From NCBI GenBank assembly GCA_023248155.1, contig JAHFFE010000002.1, positions 124,824-188,823 on the forward strand: DNA of 64,000 nt, written 5' to 3'. Below the pieces are notes generated by a model, which saw only the letters and a list, made by a program, of their open reading frames with translations, did no database searches and was not told the DNA's origin. Position numbers and translations under genes: made by a program. This document shows, one piece after another, positions 52,222 to 61,820 of the stretch; the first letter of the stretch is position 1; every line of letters begins with the position of its first letter. Source of the stretch: Candidatus Omnitrophota bacterium. GTDB taxonomy: Bacteria > Omnitrophota > Gorgyraeia > 1-14-0-20-64-10.

Positions 52222-54181
52222 GGGCATCAGCGCTCTCGCGCAGAAGCTTCCGCCGCGCTGGAACTGCCGGCTGGGCGCCGGCGCCGGTACGCTTTTGTAT
52301 TGGACGCTCGGTTCCCGCAAGCGGGTCGCGCGCGATAATCTGCGCGCCGCGTTTCAATCCACCTACACGCCGCAGCAATACGAACAAATTCTGCTGAAAA
52401 TGTTTCAGAATTTCGGGCGGACCTTCATGGAAATCGCCGCCATGCCCAGTATTGACCGGGCTTATCTGGACCGCTGGGTTGCCGTCGATCCCCAAAGCAG
52501 GGAACGGCTGGATGCGCAGATGGCCCTGGGCAAGGGAATTATTTTTGTCACCGGTCATTTTGGAAATTGGGAAATGGTGAGCGTTACTTCTGCTTTGCAC
52601 GGATTGCCGTTGATTATTTTGGTTCGCCAGCAGGGCTGGCCCCGGCTGAACCGCTTATTGACTCAATACCGGGAATCCAAAGGGTGCCAGGTGGTCACTA
52701 AAGGATTCGCGATTCGGGAAATGGTTCAGGGATTAAAAGAGAAACAGTTTATCGGGATTCTCGCGGATCAGGATGGAGGCCCCAACGGGGTTCTGGCGGA
52801 CTATTTGGGCCGTATCTCTTCAACGGCGGCGGGCCCGATCGCCTTGCATTTAAGCAGCGGGGCCCCGGTCATTCCGGCGTTTATGGTTCGGCAGAAGGGA
52901 CCTTTCCACCAAATGATGCTCGAAGAGCCGCTGGTTATTCCGCAACAGGGAACCGAGCAGGAACGGCTTCAAGCCGGAATTGCCGCTTATTTGGCTGTTC
53001 TTGAAAAATATGTGCGGGCTTATCCGGAACAGTGGCTCTGGCTTCATCGCCGCTGGAAATCGTGCCCCGAACGGCGCGTTTTAATTTTCAACGATGGGAA
53101 AGCGGGCCATCTCAGCCAATGCCTGGGTCTGGCCGACCGGATTGAAACGGCCTGGAACAAGAAAATGGCCGGCGATCCCCGATTAAAAATTCTTCCGGTC
53201 CACCGTCCGCTGGTTTCGACGCGCGTGGTCGAGGTTCGTTACCGGCATCCGTTTTGGAAACCGCTGCTTTCGTGCGTGGCGGCATTTTCGGGAAAACATC
53301 CGTCCGGCGGCGACAAATGGCTGCGCCGGGCGCTTACGCCGGAAAGTTATAAATCAATGGCGTCGCTCCATGCCGATATTTCGATCTCGTGCGGTTCTTC
53401 GTCAGCGCCGGTCAACCGGTTGTGGGCCGGCCTGATCCGCTGCAAGACCGTTCATTTGACGAAAAATAAGAGGCCTTCCTGGAAATCGTTTGATCTGGCG
53501 GTTCTTCCGGCGCATGATTTCGAGAAACCACCTTCGCAGAAAAAACTGGTTCTCACCGATCTGGCGCTGGCGCCCCGCCGCCATTTTTCTCCGGCGCAGG
53601 TTTCTGCCTGGCGTGCCGCGCTGGGGTTACGCGCTTCGCGCGTGATCGGGCTGATGCTGGGCGGATCGGCTCCGCCGCTGGTTTGGACGACCGAACAGAT
53701 TGCCCAAATCGTCGAACAGCTAATCCAGTTTGCCGAGCGGCACGATGCCGAATTTCTGGTCACCAGTTCCCGTCGTACCGGTGACGCGGCGGAAGCGCTT
53801 CTGGAAAAACTGTTGAAGAAAAATCCGCGCTGCCGGCTTCTGACACTGGTTGGACGGAACGATCCGGATCGGCTGAAGAGCACCTCGGAAGCGGTCGATG
53901 CGATTTTGGCCTGCGCGCAGAGGGTGGTTGTTACGGGCGACTCGATCTCAATGGTTTCCGAAGCGGCCGCGCTGGGAATCGGTACCGCTGTGATTTTTCC
54001 TCCCGATGCATTGGCAGGGAATTCAAAACAGCGCCGGTTCGCCGCGCGGTTGGAACAGCGGCGAAAAATACGCGTTTCCGGTCCGGACGGTGTTTTAACT
54101 CTGCTTGAAGAAATTGCGCTGATGCCGCCGGCCGGGAGTGAGACAATGGAATTGGAGGAGTTTTTACGGAAATGGCTTTAA
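52175..54181 (+). CDS. Fusion: lipid A biosynthesis (Kdo2-lipid IVA) acyltransferase LpxL/HtrB family (N-terminal) plus ELM1/DUF1022-like domain (C-terminal)
   Basis: The N-terminal ~300 aa show the LpxL family architecture (..DNLRAAF.., ..VTGHFGNWE.., ..HRRWK..). The C-terminal ~370 aa (..RVLIFNDGKAGHLSQCLGLADRIE..) resemble the ELM1/GtrOC1 family. The start is uncertain (52148 or 52175) and overlaps the lpxK 3' end. Confidence 0.6.
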   Translation: MKANFYTESILYSLARGISALAQKLPPRWNCRLGAGAGTLLYWTLGSRKRVARDNLRAAFQSTYTPQQYEQILLKMFQNFGRTFMEIAAMPSIDRAYLDRWVAVDPQSRERLDAQMALGKGIIFVTGHFGNWEMVSVTSALHGLPLIILVRQQGWPRLNRLLTQYRESKGCQVVTKGFAIREMVQGLKEKQFIGILADQDGGPNGVLADYLGRISSTAAGPIALHLSSGAPVIPAFMVRQKGPFHQMMLEEPLVIPQQGTEQERLQAGIAAYLAVLEKYVRAYPEQWLWLHRRWKSCPERRVLIFNDGKAGHLSQCLGLADRIETAWNKKMAGDPRLKILPVHRPLVSTRVVEVRYRHPFWKPLLSCVAAFSGKHPSGGDKWLRRALTPESYKSMASLHADISISCGSSSAPVNRLWAGLIRCKTVHLTKNKRPSWKSFDLAVLPAHDFEKPPSQKKLVLTDLALAPRRHFSPAQVSAWRAALGLRASRVIGLMLGGSAPPLVWTTEQIAQIVEQLIQFAERHDAEFLVTSSRRTGDAAEALLEKLLKKNPRCRLLTLVGRNDPDRLKSTSEAVDAILACAQRVVVTGDSISMVSEAAALGIGTAVIFPPDALAGNSKQRRFAARLEQRRKIRVSGPDGVLTLLEEIALMPPAGSETMELEEFLRKWL

Positions 54182-56376
54182 CCGTTTTGCAGTTGGTCCC
54201 GGCGCTCAAAGGCGGCGGTGTGGAAACCGGTACGGTCGACATGGCCCGCGGTTTAATGGCGCAGGGCCATCGCGCGATCGTTATCTCTTCGGGCGGTCCG
54301 CTGGTCAAGGAACTGGAAGCCGCCGGCGCTATCCATTACACGCTGCCCATTCACCGCAAACTTCCCTGGATTGCGCTCAAACAAGTTCCGCGCGTCGCTG
54401 AGTTAATCGAATCGCATGGCGTCGATGTGATCCACGCGCGCAGCCGTGTTCCGGCGATCATCGGCTATCTGGCGTGGCGGAAAGCCGCCTGCAAAGCCAG
54501 TTTCCGGATGGGCGGCCGGCAGCAGCTGCCGGTTTTTATCACGACGGCGCACGGCTATTATTCCAAACATCCGTTCAGCGCCGTGATGGGCTGGGGCCGG
54601 TGGGTAATCGCCAACTCCGAGAGCATTGCCCGCCATATGATCGATGATTTTCATGTGCCTTCCGATAAAATCCGGTTTATTCCGCGCGGCGTTGACCTTG
54701 AAAAATATCAATGGAGAGAGCCGCGCGCTGAGTCGGTCAAAGGGGATTGGGTTATCAGCTGCATCGGGCGGATCACGCCGATCAAGGGGCACCGCGATTT
54801 AATCCGCGCGTTCGCCGCGGTCGCCAAAACGTTTCCGAAAGCCCGATTGAGGATTATCGGCGGGGCCGACGCGCGCCATCAGAATTATCTTCAGGAACTC
54901 AAACAGCTGGTATTGAAATTAAGTCTGGAAGATCGCGTTGAATTTTCGGGGCATGAGCCGAATATCCCGTTGGCGCTGGCGCAGAGCGATCTGATGGTGC
55001 TTCCCTCGACTTGTCAGGAGGCGTTCGGCCGCGTTTTGATTGAGGCCGGCGCATCCGGCGTTCCGGTGGTCGCCACGCGCGTCGGTGGAATCCCGGAAGT
55101 GATCCTTGACAAGAAAACAGGACTGATCGTTCCTCCTCAGGATCCGGTGGCGCTGGCGTCGGCGATGAACACGCTGTTGAAAGACCGCGCGCTGGCGCTG
55201 ACGCTGGCGCGCGAGAACCGCCGCCGCGTGGAAACCGTTTACCCGATGGCGCGCATGGTCCGCCAGACGATGGAAGTTTATCAGGAAGCCGGCCAGTCGC
55301 TGCGAATTTTGGTGATCAAGCTCAGCGCCGTAGGGGATATCGTGCTGATTACGCCGTCTTTGCGCGCGCTGCGCGACCGGTTTCCCAAGGCGCAGATCAC
55401 CGTGCTGGTCGGCCGCGAAGGCCGCGAACTTCTGCACCGCTGTCCGTATATCGATGATCTGGTTGTTTTTGACCGCGCGCAGAACGGAACTATTGCGGGT
55501 TTGCTGCGGATGGCGCGCCGGCTGCGCGAATCGCAGATTGATCTCGTGATTGATTTTCAGAATAACCGGATCAGCCATTGGCTGGGCCGCCTCTGCGGCG
55601 CGCCGCACCGCTACGGCTGGGCCGGCCGCCGCTGGAGCTGGCTGTTGTCGCATCGCGCGATTCCTCCCGAACAGCCGCTCTCGCCGGTTGACCATCAGTT
55701 CCGTCTGCTGCAGCTGGTCGGTGTTGAATCGAATGACAAACGGCTGGAGCTCTGGCCCGGGCCGTCCGACCAGAGCCGCGTCGATGCATTGCTCAACGAA
55801 TCTTGGGTTGCGCAGCAGCAGCCGCTGGTGGCGATTCATCCGGGCGGAAGCTGGCTTTCAAAACAGTGGCCCGAATCGTATATTCTGGAACTGGTCGACC
55901 GTCTGGCCGGCATTTCAAAAGTACGCGTGATTTTGATCGGCTCGGCGAAAGAACGGCCGATCTGCGACCGGATCCATCATGCGGCGCGCGTCAAACCGGT
56001 GGTAGCCGCCGGCCGGACCTCGCTGAATGAATTGGCCGCGCTGCTGGGCCGCTGCTCGGTTTTTATCGGGGGTGATTCCGCTCCGCTGCATGTGGCGGCG
56101 GCGGCCGGTATTCCGATTATCGCGCTGTTCGGCGCGACCGATCCTTTGCGGCATCTTCCGCCGGCTTCTTCGCTGACGCTGTTAAGGACGCAGTTGCCGT
56201 GCAGTCCCTGCTACCGCCCGAAATGTCCGCGCGTCGGGGCAGGCAAGATGGAATGCATGAAATCAATCACTGTGGAAACGGTCGCACAAACGGCCGCTAA
56301 AATCGTGACCGCTTCTCCGCGCCGCAATCCGGCTGTTTCGCGCGTCGAGACCGATCTGTTTTCCGCGGACAAATGA
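54172..56376 (+). CDS. Fusion glycosyltransferase: GT1/GT4-family glycosyltransferase (N-terminal) plus GT9 ADP-heptose:LPS heptosyltransferase (C-terminal)
   Basis: GT4-like N-terminal half ending ..EAFGRVLIEAGASGVPVVATRVGGIPEVI... Then a heptosyltransferase-like half beginning ..LRILVIKLSAVGDIVLITPSLRAL.. One 734-aa ORF. Confidence 0.7.
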   Translation: MALTVLQLVPALKGGGVETGTVDMARGLMAQGHRAIVISSGGPLVKELEAAGAIHYTLPIHRKLPWIALKQVPRVAELIESHGVDVIHARSRVPAIIGYLAWRKAACKASFRMGGRQQLPVFITTAHGYYSKHPFSAVMGWGRWVIANSESIARHMIDDFHVPSDKIRFIPRGVDLEKYQWREPRAESVKGDWVISCIGRITPIKGHRDLIRAFAAVAKTFPKARLRIIGGADARHQNYLQELKQLVLKLSLEDRVEFSGHEPNIPLALAQSDLMVLPSTCQEAFGRVLIEAGASGVPVVATRVGGIPEVILDKKTGLIVPPQDPVALASAMNTLLKDRALALTLARENRRRVETVYPMARMVRQTMEVYQEAGQSLRILVIKLSAVGDIVLITPSLRALRDRFPKAQITVLVGREGRELLHRCPYIDDLVVFDRAQNGTIAGLLRMARRLRESQIDLVIDFQNNRISHWLGRLCGAPHRYGWAGRRWSWLLSHRAIPPEQPLSPVDHQFRLLQLVGVESNDKRLELWPGPSDQSRVDALLNESWVAQQQPLVAIHPGGSWLSKQWPESYILELVDRLAGISKVRVILIGSAKERPICDRIHHAARVKPVVAAGRTSLNELAALLGRCSVFIGGDSAPLHVAAAAGIPIIALFGATDPLRHLPPASSLTLLRTQLPCSPCYRPKCPRVGAGKMECMKSITVETVAQTAAKIVTASPRRNPAVSRVETDLFSADK

Positions 56377-57401
56377 AAATCGTTCAACCCAAACGGATCC
56401 TGATCGTTGGTCTGAATTGGATGGGCGATCTTCTGCTGTTGACGCCGTCGATCCGGGCGATCCGGAAAAATTACCCTCACGCAACCATCGTTTGCCTGGT
56501 TCCGCCGCGCGGGGAGGCCGTACTGGAAGATAATCCGAACCTGGACCGTCTGATTGTCTATCCCGAATCGCGCGGTTTATCCGGATGGATTGGTTTCTGG
56601 CCGTTGGTCTTTCTTCTGCGTTCTGAACGGTTTGATGCCGCGTTTTTGTTTCATCCATCGGGAACGCGCGCGATGGCGGCCTGGCTTGCCGGCGTGAAGC
56701 AGCGGATCGGTTTTAAAACAAAAAAAGGAAATTGCTGGCTGACCCGGGCTGTTGAGATGCCCTCCAAAGATTCCACGCACAAAGCGGCCGTTTATCTGCG
56801 GCTTGTCGAGGCGGCCGGTTTGAAAACCGACGGTTTTTCCTGTGACGCCGGCATTCGTGATGCCGATGAGCAGGCGGTCGACCGGCTTTACCAACAGATC
56901 GGATTGCGCAGCGACCGTCCGGCCGTGGCGATTCATCCGGCGGCCAACTGGAAATTGAAACGGTGGCCGGCCGAATCGTTCGCGCGCCTGGCCGACCGGC
57001 TCGCGCGGGAGAAACAGGCGCAGATCGTTTTCATCGGAACCAAAAATGAACTGCCGTTGGTTGAACAGGTCCGTTCCCGCATGCAGCACCAGGCGTTCGT
57101 CGCCGCCGGCAAGACCAGCTTCAAGGAACTGGGCGCTTTACTGAAACGGATGAATCTGCTGATTACCAACGATTCCGGGCCGATGCATCTGGCCGCCGCC
57201 GTCGGCACGCCGCTGGTGGGGCTGTTCGGCCCGACGCTGCCGTCGCTCAGCGGTCCGCCGTCCGATCCCCGGTTTAAAACGCTGCACGGTTCCATCGGCT
57301 GCCCGGTGCCGTGCTATCAACTCAACTGTCCGGCGAACTTGTGCATGGAACAGATCTCGCCCGATCAGGTCTTCGCAGAAGCGGAAAAATGGCTGAAATA
57401 A
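56373..57401 (+). CDS. GT9-family LPS heptosyltransferase
   Basis: KRILIVGLNWMGDLLLLTPSIRAI N-terminal signature, C-terminal ..NDSGPMHLAAAVGTP.. motif. Confidence 0.75.
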   Translation: MKIVQPKRILIVGLNWMGDLLLLTPSIRAIRKNYPHATIVCLVPPRGEAVLEDNPNLDRLIVYPESRGLSGWIGFWPLVFLLRSERFDAAFLFHPSGTRAMAAWLAGVKQRIGFKTKKGNCWLTRAVEMPSKDSTHKAAVYLRLVEAAGLKTDGFSCDAGIRDADEQAVDRLYQQIGLRSDRPAVAIHPAANWKLKRWPAESFARLADRLAREKQAQIVFIGTKNELPLVEQVRSRMQHQAFVAAGKTSFKELGALLKRMNLLITNDSGPMHLAAAVGTPLVGLFGPTLPSLSGPPSDPRFKTLHGSIGCPVPCYQLNCPANLCMEQISPDQVFAEAEKWLK

Positions 57402-58369
57402 AAATTCTAATCATCAGCTTAAGCAACATCGGCGACGCGCTGTTGTGTTATCCGGCACTGGAACCGCTTTGGCAGGCCTATCCCGGCGCGCAGACCGATG
57501 TGCTGGCTTCTCCGCGGACGGAAACACTCTATCGATCGGATCCCCGTTTTTCGCGCGTCTGGGTTTTGGAAAAGAAATCCAATATTTTCCGGCAGGCCGT
57601 TCAAGTCGCCCGCTTGAGTTCTCAGCGGTACGCCGTCGTCGTTGATTTCAGAAACTCAATCATTCCAGTCTTTTTGTTCGGCGCGCGCCGTACGCCGATT
57701 TTGCGCGGTTCCGCCCCCGAAGGAATCCACCGCGCGCTGGTCCATCAGGCGCTGGTGAGCAAACTAATGGGCAAGCCGTTATCCGGAAGCGGTTATTCCG
57801 CGCCGGGATTTCCATTCTCAGCCGATGATCTTCGATTCGCGCGGAATCTTCTTGTGCCGGGCAAAACGCCGGTCATACTGGTGCCGGGCGCCCGCAGCCA
57901 TCTGAAACGCTGGCCTTCAGAACGGTTCGCTGTGATTGCCGACCGGTTGATCGACGAGCAGAACGCGCAGATTCTTCTGGTTGGAGAGGCCTCCGAGCAG
58001 CCGATCGTTTCGGCGGTCATGGCCGGGATGCGGCATTCCGCCACGAACCTCGTCGGAAAAACGTCGCTCGCGCAGTTTATGGCGCTGTTGTCGCTGGCGA
58101 AACTGGTGATTACCAACGACAGCGCGTCGCTGCATGCCGCCGAACTGACCGGCGTTCCATCCGTCGCCATTTTCGGGCCGACCGATGAAAAGAAATACGG
58201 CCCGCGCCATCCGCAGTCAATCGTAGTCCGGCGTACGATGATCTGCGCGCCGTGCGAACTGGCGCTTTGCCCGTACCGGCATGAATGCATGGAGTTGATT
58301 CCGGCCGATGAGGTCTACTCCGCCGCCGTGAAAATCCTGAAGAAATCAGAGGATCCGCGTAGGGGATGA
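57389..58369 (+). CDS. GT9-family LPS heptosyltransferase
   Basis: IKILIISLSNIGDALLCYPAL.. and ..NDSASLHAAELTGVP.. motifs. Start ATG 57389 overlaps the previous gene by 13 bp. Confidence 0.7.
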   Translation: MAEIKILIISLSNIGDALLCYPALEPLWQAYPGAQTDVLASPRTETLYRSDPRFSRVWVLEKKSNIFRQAVQVARLSSQRYAVVVDFRNSIIPVFLFGARRTPILRGSAPEGIHRALVHQALVSKLMGKPLSGSGYSAPGFPFSADDLRFARNLLVPGKTPVILVPGARSHLKRWPSERFAVIADRLIDEQNAQILLVGEASEQPIVSAVMAGMRHSATNLVGKTSLAQFMALLSLAKLVITNDSASLHAAELTGVPSVAIFGPTDEKKYGPRHPQSIVVRRTMICAPCELALCPYRHECMELIPADEVYSAAVKILKKSEDPRRG

Positions 58370-59943
58370 TCATCACAACAATAACCATTCAGGATCTTCG
58401 CCTGGCTTGGTTTCGCTTAAAGCAAGATAGGATGGATGGTGGCCCTGATTGGCGTAAGAGATCTTTCGTAAATCATCCGTACTTGATTTCTTTGATTGAA
58501 GACGACCTTGATGTGTGGTTGAGCAATATTTTGACAAAACTACATAGTGGATATCACCCAAATTCGAGTGTTCTATGCCAAGTCCCAAAAGCGTCATGGA
58601 TGATTCGAAACGCTGAAATTATTACTCTAGAAGATGAGGTTGTTTTTAATGCTGTTTTAGCCAAGTTACATCAAGATATTTGGAAACGCATAGGTCTTTT
58701 TCAGGGGGATCCAGATATTGCTTATCAGTTGCAGCCGCCCTCTGAAGATCAGCAATGGATAAAATCTGGCTTAGTTGTATGGGAGGAGTTTAGAGAAAAA
58801 TCTCTTCTGGAATTACAAAAGGGAGCTCAATATGTCCTTTTTGCCGATATTACTGCATTTTATGACAATATTGATCTTCGCCAGCTTCGATCAGATTTGA
58901 ATGATTTGGAAGCAGAGAATTCGTTAGTTCAAACGCTTATGGATTTTCTTACCAAGTGGGATTTTCCTCGAGGCAGGGGGATTCCTCAGGGATATTCGTC
59001 TAGTGATATTTTGGCCAAGATTTACATGTTTACCATCGACCAAACACTTCTACACGAAGGATTCAGGCATTTAAGGTATGTGGATGACATCAGGATTTTT
59101 TGTAAAAACGAGAGTGAAGCGAAGAAAGCCCTGCTCGTTCTAAACAAGATTCTTCACGAAAAAAATCTTAGCTTACAATCTGCTAAAACTATTATTTATT
59201 CCACTGAAGATGCTCGGCGAGAAATATTAAGTGTAGTTTCATTGATACAAGGCTTCCAAAAGCAGATGAAAAAAGAATTGAGTATGGATCCATATGTAAG
59301 TTCTCACGAGGTAGAGGTGCTTATTAAGCAATCTCCTGACAAATTACCCGCCGATTTTTTCGAAGGTATCTTCAGAGAGTATCTTTTAGATAAAAAAGTA
59401 AAATTCAACAAAACGATATTTAGATATGTGATCCACCGACTTGCTGATACAAAGTCAAATATTGCGATTGATTACTGTCTTGATGTATTAGTCGAGCATC
59501 CAGAAGAAACTGAGGATGTCTTAAGGTATTTATCTGCCATAGCTGTGAGGGATGAGCAGCTTGGCAAGCTCTTGGCATATATGAAATCTCAGGATGCACT
59601 TTACGATTATCAGCTCTATCAAATCGTCTCTTGGTTTTTTGAAAGAAAAACTTGCCCACCCACTTTATTGTCATTGTGTCTCGATTGGGCTAGGAATAAA
59701 AACAAAGCGCCATGGTTAAGAACCTATAGTATTGCATTGTTGGGTCTTTTTGGAGCTAGAGCTGAGCTTGATATGATTCGAGGTTTATATAGCGTGGCAA
59801 GTACAGATATTGAGAAAGCAGAAATAGTTATAGCTCTAAAGCGACTGGAAACCAGTCAGCGCAATGCATTTTATAATCAAGTGATTGCTGATGGTGAATT
59901 AATTAAGAGAGCTGTTGTGAAAACCAAAGGTACCAGTAATTAA
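58366..59943 (+). CDS. Reverse transcriptase (RNA-directed DNA polymerase) with C-terminal alpha-helical repeat (HEAT-like) domain; Abi/UG-type, not intron/retron/DGR-like by context
   Basis: RT motifs: 1 PKASWMIRNAEIITLEDEVVFNAV, 2 FADITAFYDNI, 4 GIPQGYSSSDILAKIYM, 5 RYVDDIRIF (YxDD), 6/7 LSLQSAKTII. A C-terminal ~230-aa helical region follows. GC is ~40% against ~60% in both flanking heptosyltransferase genes. The start overlaps the upstream stop (ATGA) and the stop abuts the downstream ATG. Confidence 0.8.
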   Translation: MIITTITIQDLRLAWFRLKQDRMDGGPDWRKRSFVNHPYLISLIEDDLDVWLSNILTKLHSGYHPNSSVLCQVPKASWMIRNAEIITLEDEVVFNAVLAKLHQDIWKRIGLFQGDPDIAYQLQPPSEDQQWIKSGLVVWEEFREKSLLELQKGAQYVLFADITAFYDNIDLRQLRSDLNDLEAENSLVQTLMDFLTKWDFPRGRGIPQGYSSSDILAKIYMFTIDQTLLHEGFRHLRYVDDIRIFCKNESEAKKALLVLNKILHEKNLSLQSAKTIIYSTEDARREILSVVSLIQGFQKQMKKELSMDPYVSSHEVEVLIKQSPDKLPADFFEGIFREYLLDKKVKFNKTIFRYVIHRLADTKSNIAIDYCLDVLVEHPEETEDVLRYLSAIAVRDEQLGKLLAYMKSQDALYDYQLYQIVSWFFERKTCPPTLLSLCLDWARNKNKAPWLRTYSIALLGLFGARAELDMIRGLYSVASTDIEKAEIVIALKRLETSQRNAFYNQVIADGELIKRAVVKTKGTSN

Positions 59944-60978
59944 ATGACTCCGCGGCGGATATTAATCATGCGGACGGACCGGATGGGGGATTTAATCCTG
60001 TCTACGCCGGTATTGCGCACGCTGCGCGCCGCGTTCCCAGACGCGTATTTGGGAATGGCGATTGCCGACGAGTACAAACCGCTGCTGCAGGGACACCCCG
60101 ATTTAAACGCTCTTTTTCTGTACGATAAAAAAGGTGAGCACCGCTCGGCGCTGGGAACTCTGAAATTCGCGCGACAGATTAAAGAACATCGGTTCGACAC
60201 GGCGCTGATTCTCCATTCCACGAACCGCGCTGTTTTGACCGCGGTACTGGCGGGGATTCCTCGTCGGGTGGGTTACGCGCGGCGGCTGGGCTGGCTGTTG
60301 ACCGACGCTGTTCCGTACATTAAATCGGAAGGAACCGTGCATGAAATTGATTACAACCTGCAGTTGGTCAAACGGCTGGGCGTTGAAACGGCGGATCGGA
60401 CCACCTCGGTTGCTCTGGATGCTTCCGCCGAACCTGCCGTCACCCAATTTCTTGCTGAAAACGGATTAACCGGGAAACCGTTTGCCGTTCTGCATCCGGG
60501 CGCCAGTTGTCCGTCGAAACGCTGGCCGGAAGAACGGTTCGCACAATTGGGCGACTGGATCGTCGGGCGGTATCAAATGCCGGTCGTGGTAATGACCGGC
60601 CCTGCCGAACGAACAGCGGGACAGCGCGTGATTGAACGAATGAAAACGCCGGCGGTTTCCGCTGCGGGGCGGTTTAATATCGGCGAGCTCAGCTGGCTTT
60701 TAAAAAAAGCGTCGATTTTAATTTCCAATGACAGCGGCCCGGTTCATCTGGCTTGCGCCGTCGGCACGCCGGTTATTTCCATTTTCGGGCGGTGGGGCGG
60801 CGGGTTAAGCCCCGCGCGCTGGGGGCCTGCCGGTCCGCGTGCCGCCGCGCTGCATCATGATATCGGCTGCCGTCCCTGTCTGGCGCACCGGTGTACAATA
60901 GGATTTGTTTGTTTGCGTGCGGTCACGGTGGAAGAAGCGGCGGCTTCTGTCGATTTTCTTTTGAAGAGTATTGGATGA
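59944..60978 (+). CDS. GT9-family LPS heptosyltransferase
   Basis: RRILIMRTDRMGDLILSTPVLRTL.. and ..NDSGPVHLACAVGTP.. motifs. Confidence 0.75.
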   Translation: MTPRRILIMRTDRMGDLILSTPVLRTLRAAFPDAYLGMAIADEYKPLLQGHPDLNALFLYDKKGEHRSALGTLKFARQIKEHRFDTALILHSTNRAVLTAVLAGIPRRVGYARRLGWLLTDAVPYIKSEGTVHEIDYNLQLVKRLGVETADRTTSVALDASAEPAVTQFLAENGLTGKPFAVLHPGASCPSKRWPEERFAQLGDWIVGRYQMPVVVMTGPAERTAGQRVIERMKTPAVSAAGRFNIGELSWLLKKASILISNDSGPVHLACAVGTPVISIFGRWGGGLSPARWGPAGPRAAALHHDIGCRPCLAHRCTIGFVCLRAVTVEEAAASVDFLLKSIG

Positions 60979-61820
60979 AAAAAACGGTCATTTGGATCGC
61001 GGCGCTTGGACTGGCCGGCGGATGTGTTTCCCCGGCGCAGTTTCATCCGAGGGGAACTGCCGGCGGCACGAAACAAGTTTCTGGGCCGCCCATTGTGATT
61101 GCCGCACCGCTGGCTGAAATCCTGGCAGGGGAAACGCTCGACTATCAAATTTATTATTTCGGAACGCCGGTTGCCACCGCCACGCTGACAACCTCGCCGC
61201 CGTCCGATTTAAAATACAAAGGGCTGGTCGAACTTAAATTTGAATCGCGCGCGCACTGGTATTTGCGGACAATCTATCCGGTCCGGACCATTTTAGTCAG
61301 CTGGGTCGACCCAAAAACCGTTGTGCCCCGCCGTGCCGAGGTCTACATCAAGCGGCAATGGCGTCTTTATCAGGATCAAATCACTTTTGATCATGAACGC
61401 GGCCTGGCGCTGCATAAAATTTCAGGCAAGAAAAGCATCACCGTGCCTATTCCTTCCAATGTGCATGACAGTTTAAGTTTAATCTACTACGCGCGCACCC
61501 TTCATCTGAAGCCGGGGGAGAATTTTCCGGTTCAGGTGACCGCCGATGGAAAAGTTTGGCAGCTGACCGCCCAGGCCAAACAAGCCGGAATAATCCGCGT
61601 TGGCCGCGCCGGTTATTTTCCGGCGATTGAAACGGAAATGGAGCTGGCCTACCCGATCCCGTTTTTTAACGGGGCCAACGCTCAAATCTGGTTCAGCGCC
61701 GACGGCAACCATATTCCGCTCGTGATTAAATTGAAGTCCCGCTTTGGTCCGGTCAGCGCTGTTTTGGCCAAGCGAACGGTGGTGTCGGAAGATAAAAACG
61801 ATAGTGAGGAGGGTAAATAA
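60975..61820 (+). CDS. Lipoprotein, DUF3108-like
   Basis: Lipobox LAGGC after a signal peptide. DUF3108-like core (..YQIYYFGTPVATATL..). Confidence 0.5.
   Translation: MKKTVIWIAALGLAGGCVSPAQFHPRGTAGGTKQVSGPPIVIAAPLAEILAGETLDYQIYYFGTPVATATLTTSPPSDLKYKGLVELKFESRAHWYLRTIYPVRTILVSWVDPKTVVPRRAEVYIKRQWRLYQDQITFDHERGLALHKISGKKSITVPIPSNVHDSLSLIYYARTLHLKPGENFPVQVTADGKVWQLTAQAKQAGIIRVGRAGYFPAIETEMELAYPIPFFNGANAQIWFSADGNHIPLVIKLKSRFGPVSAVLAKRTVVSEDKNDSEEGK

Noticed and set aside
58366-59943. Group II intron, retron or DGR interpretation of the RT
   Set aside because: There is no maturase X, D or En domain after the RT. There are zero intergenic nucleotides on either side, so no room for intron domains I-VI or msr/msd. 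There is no obvious template/variable repeat pair nearby. These alternatives are not fully excluded without covariance-model scans.
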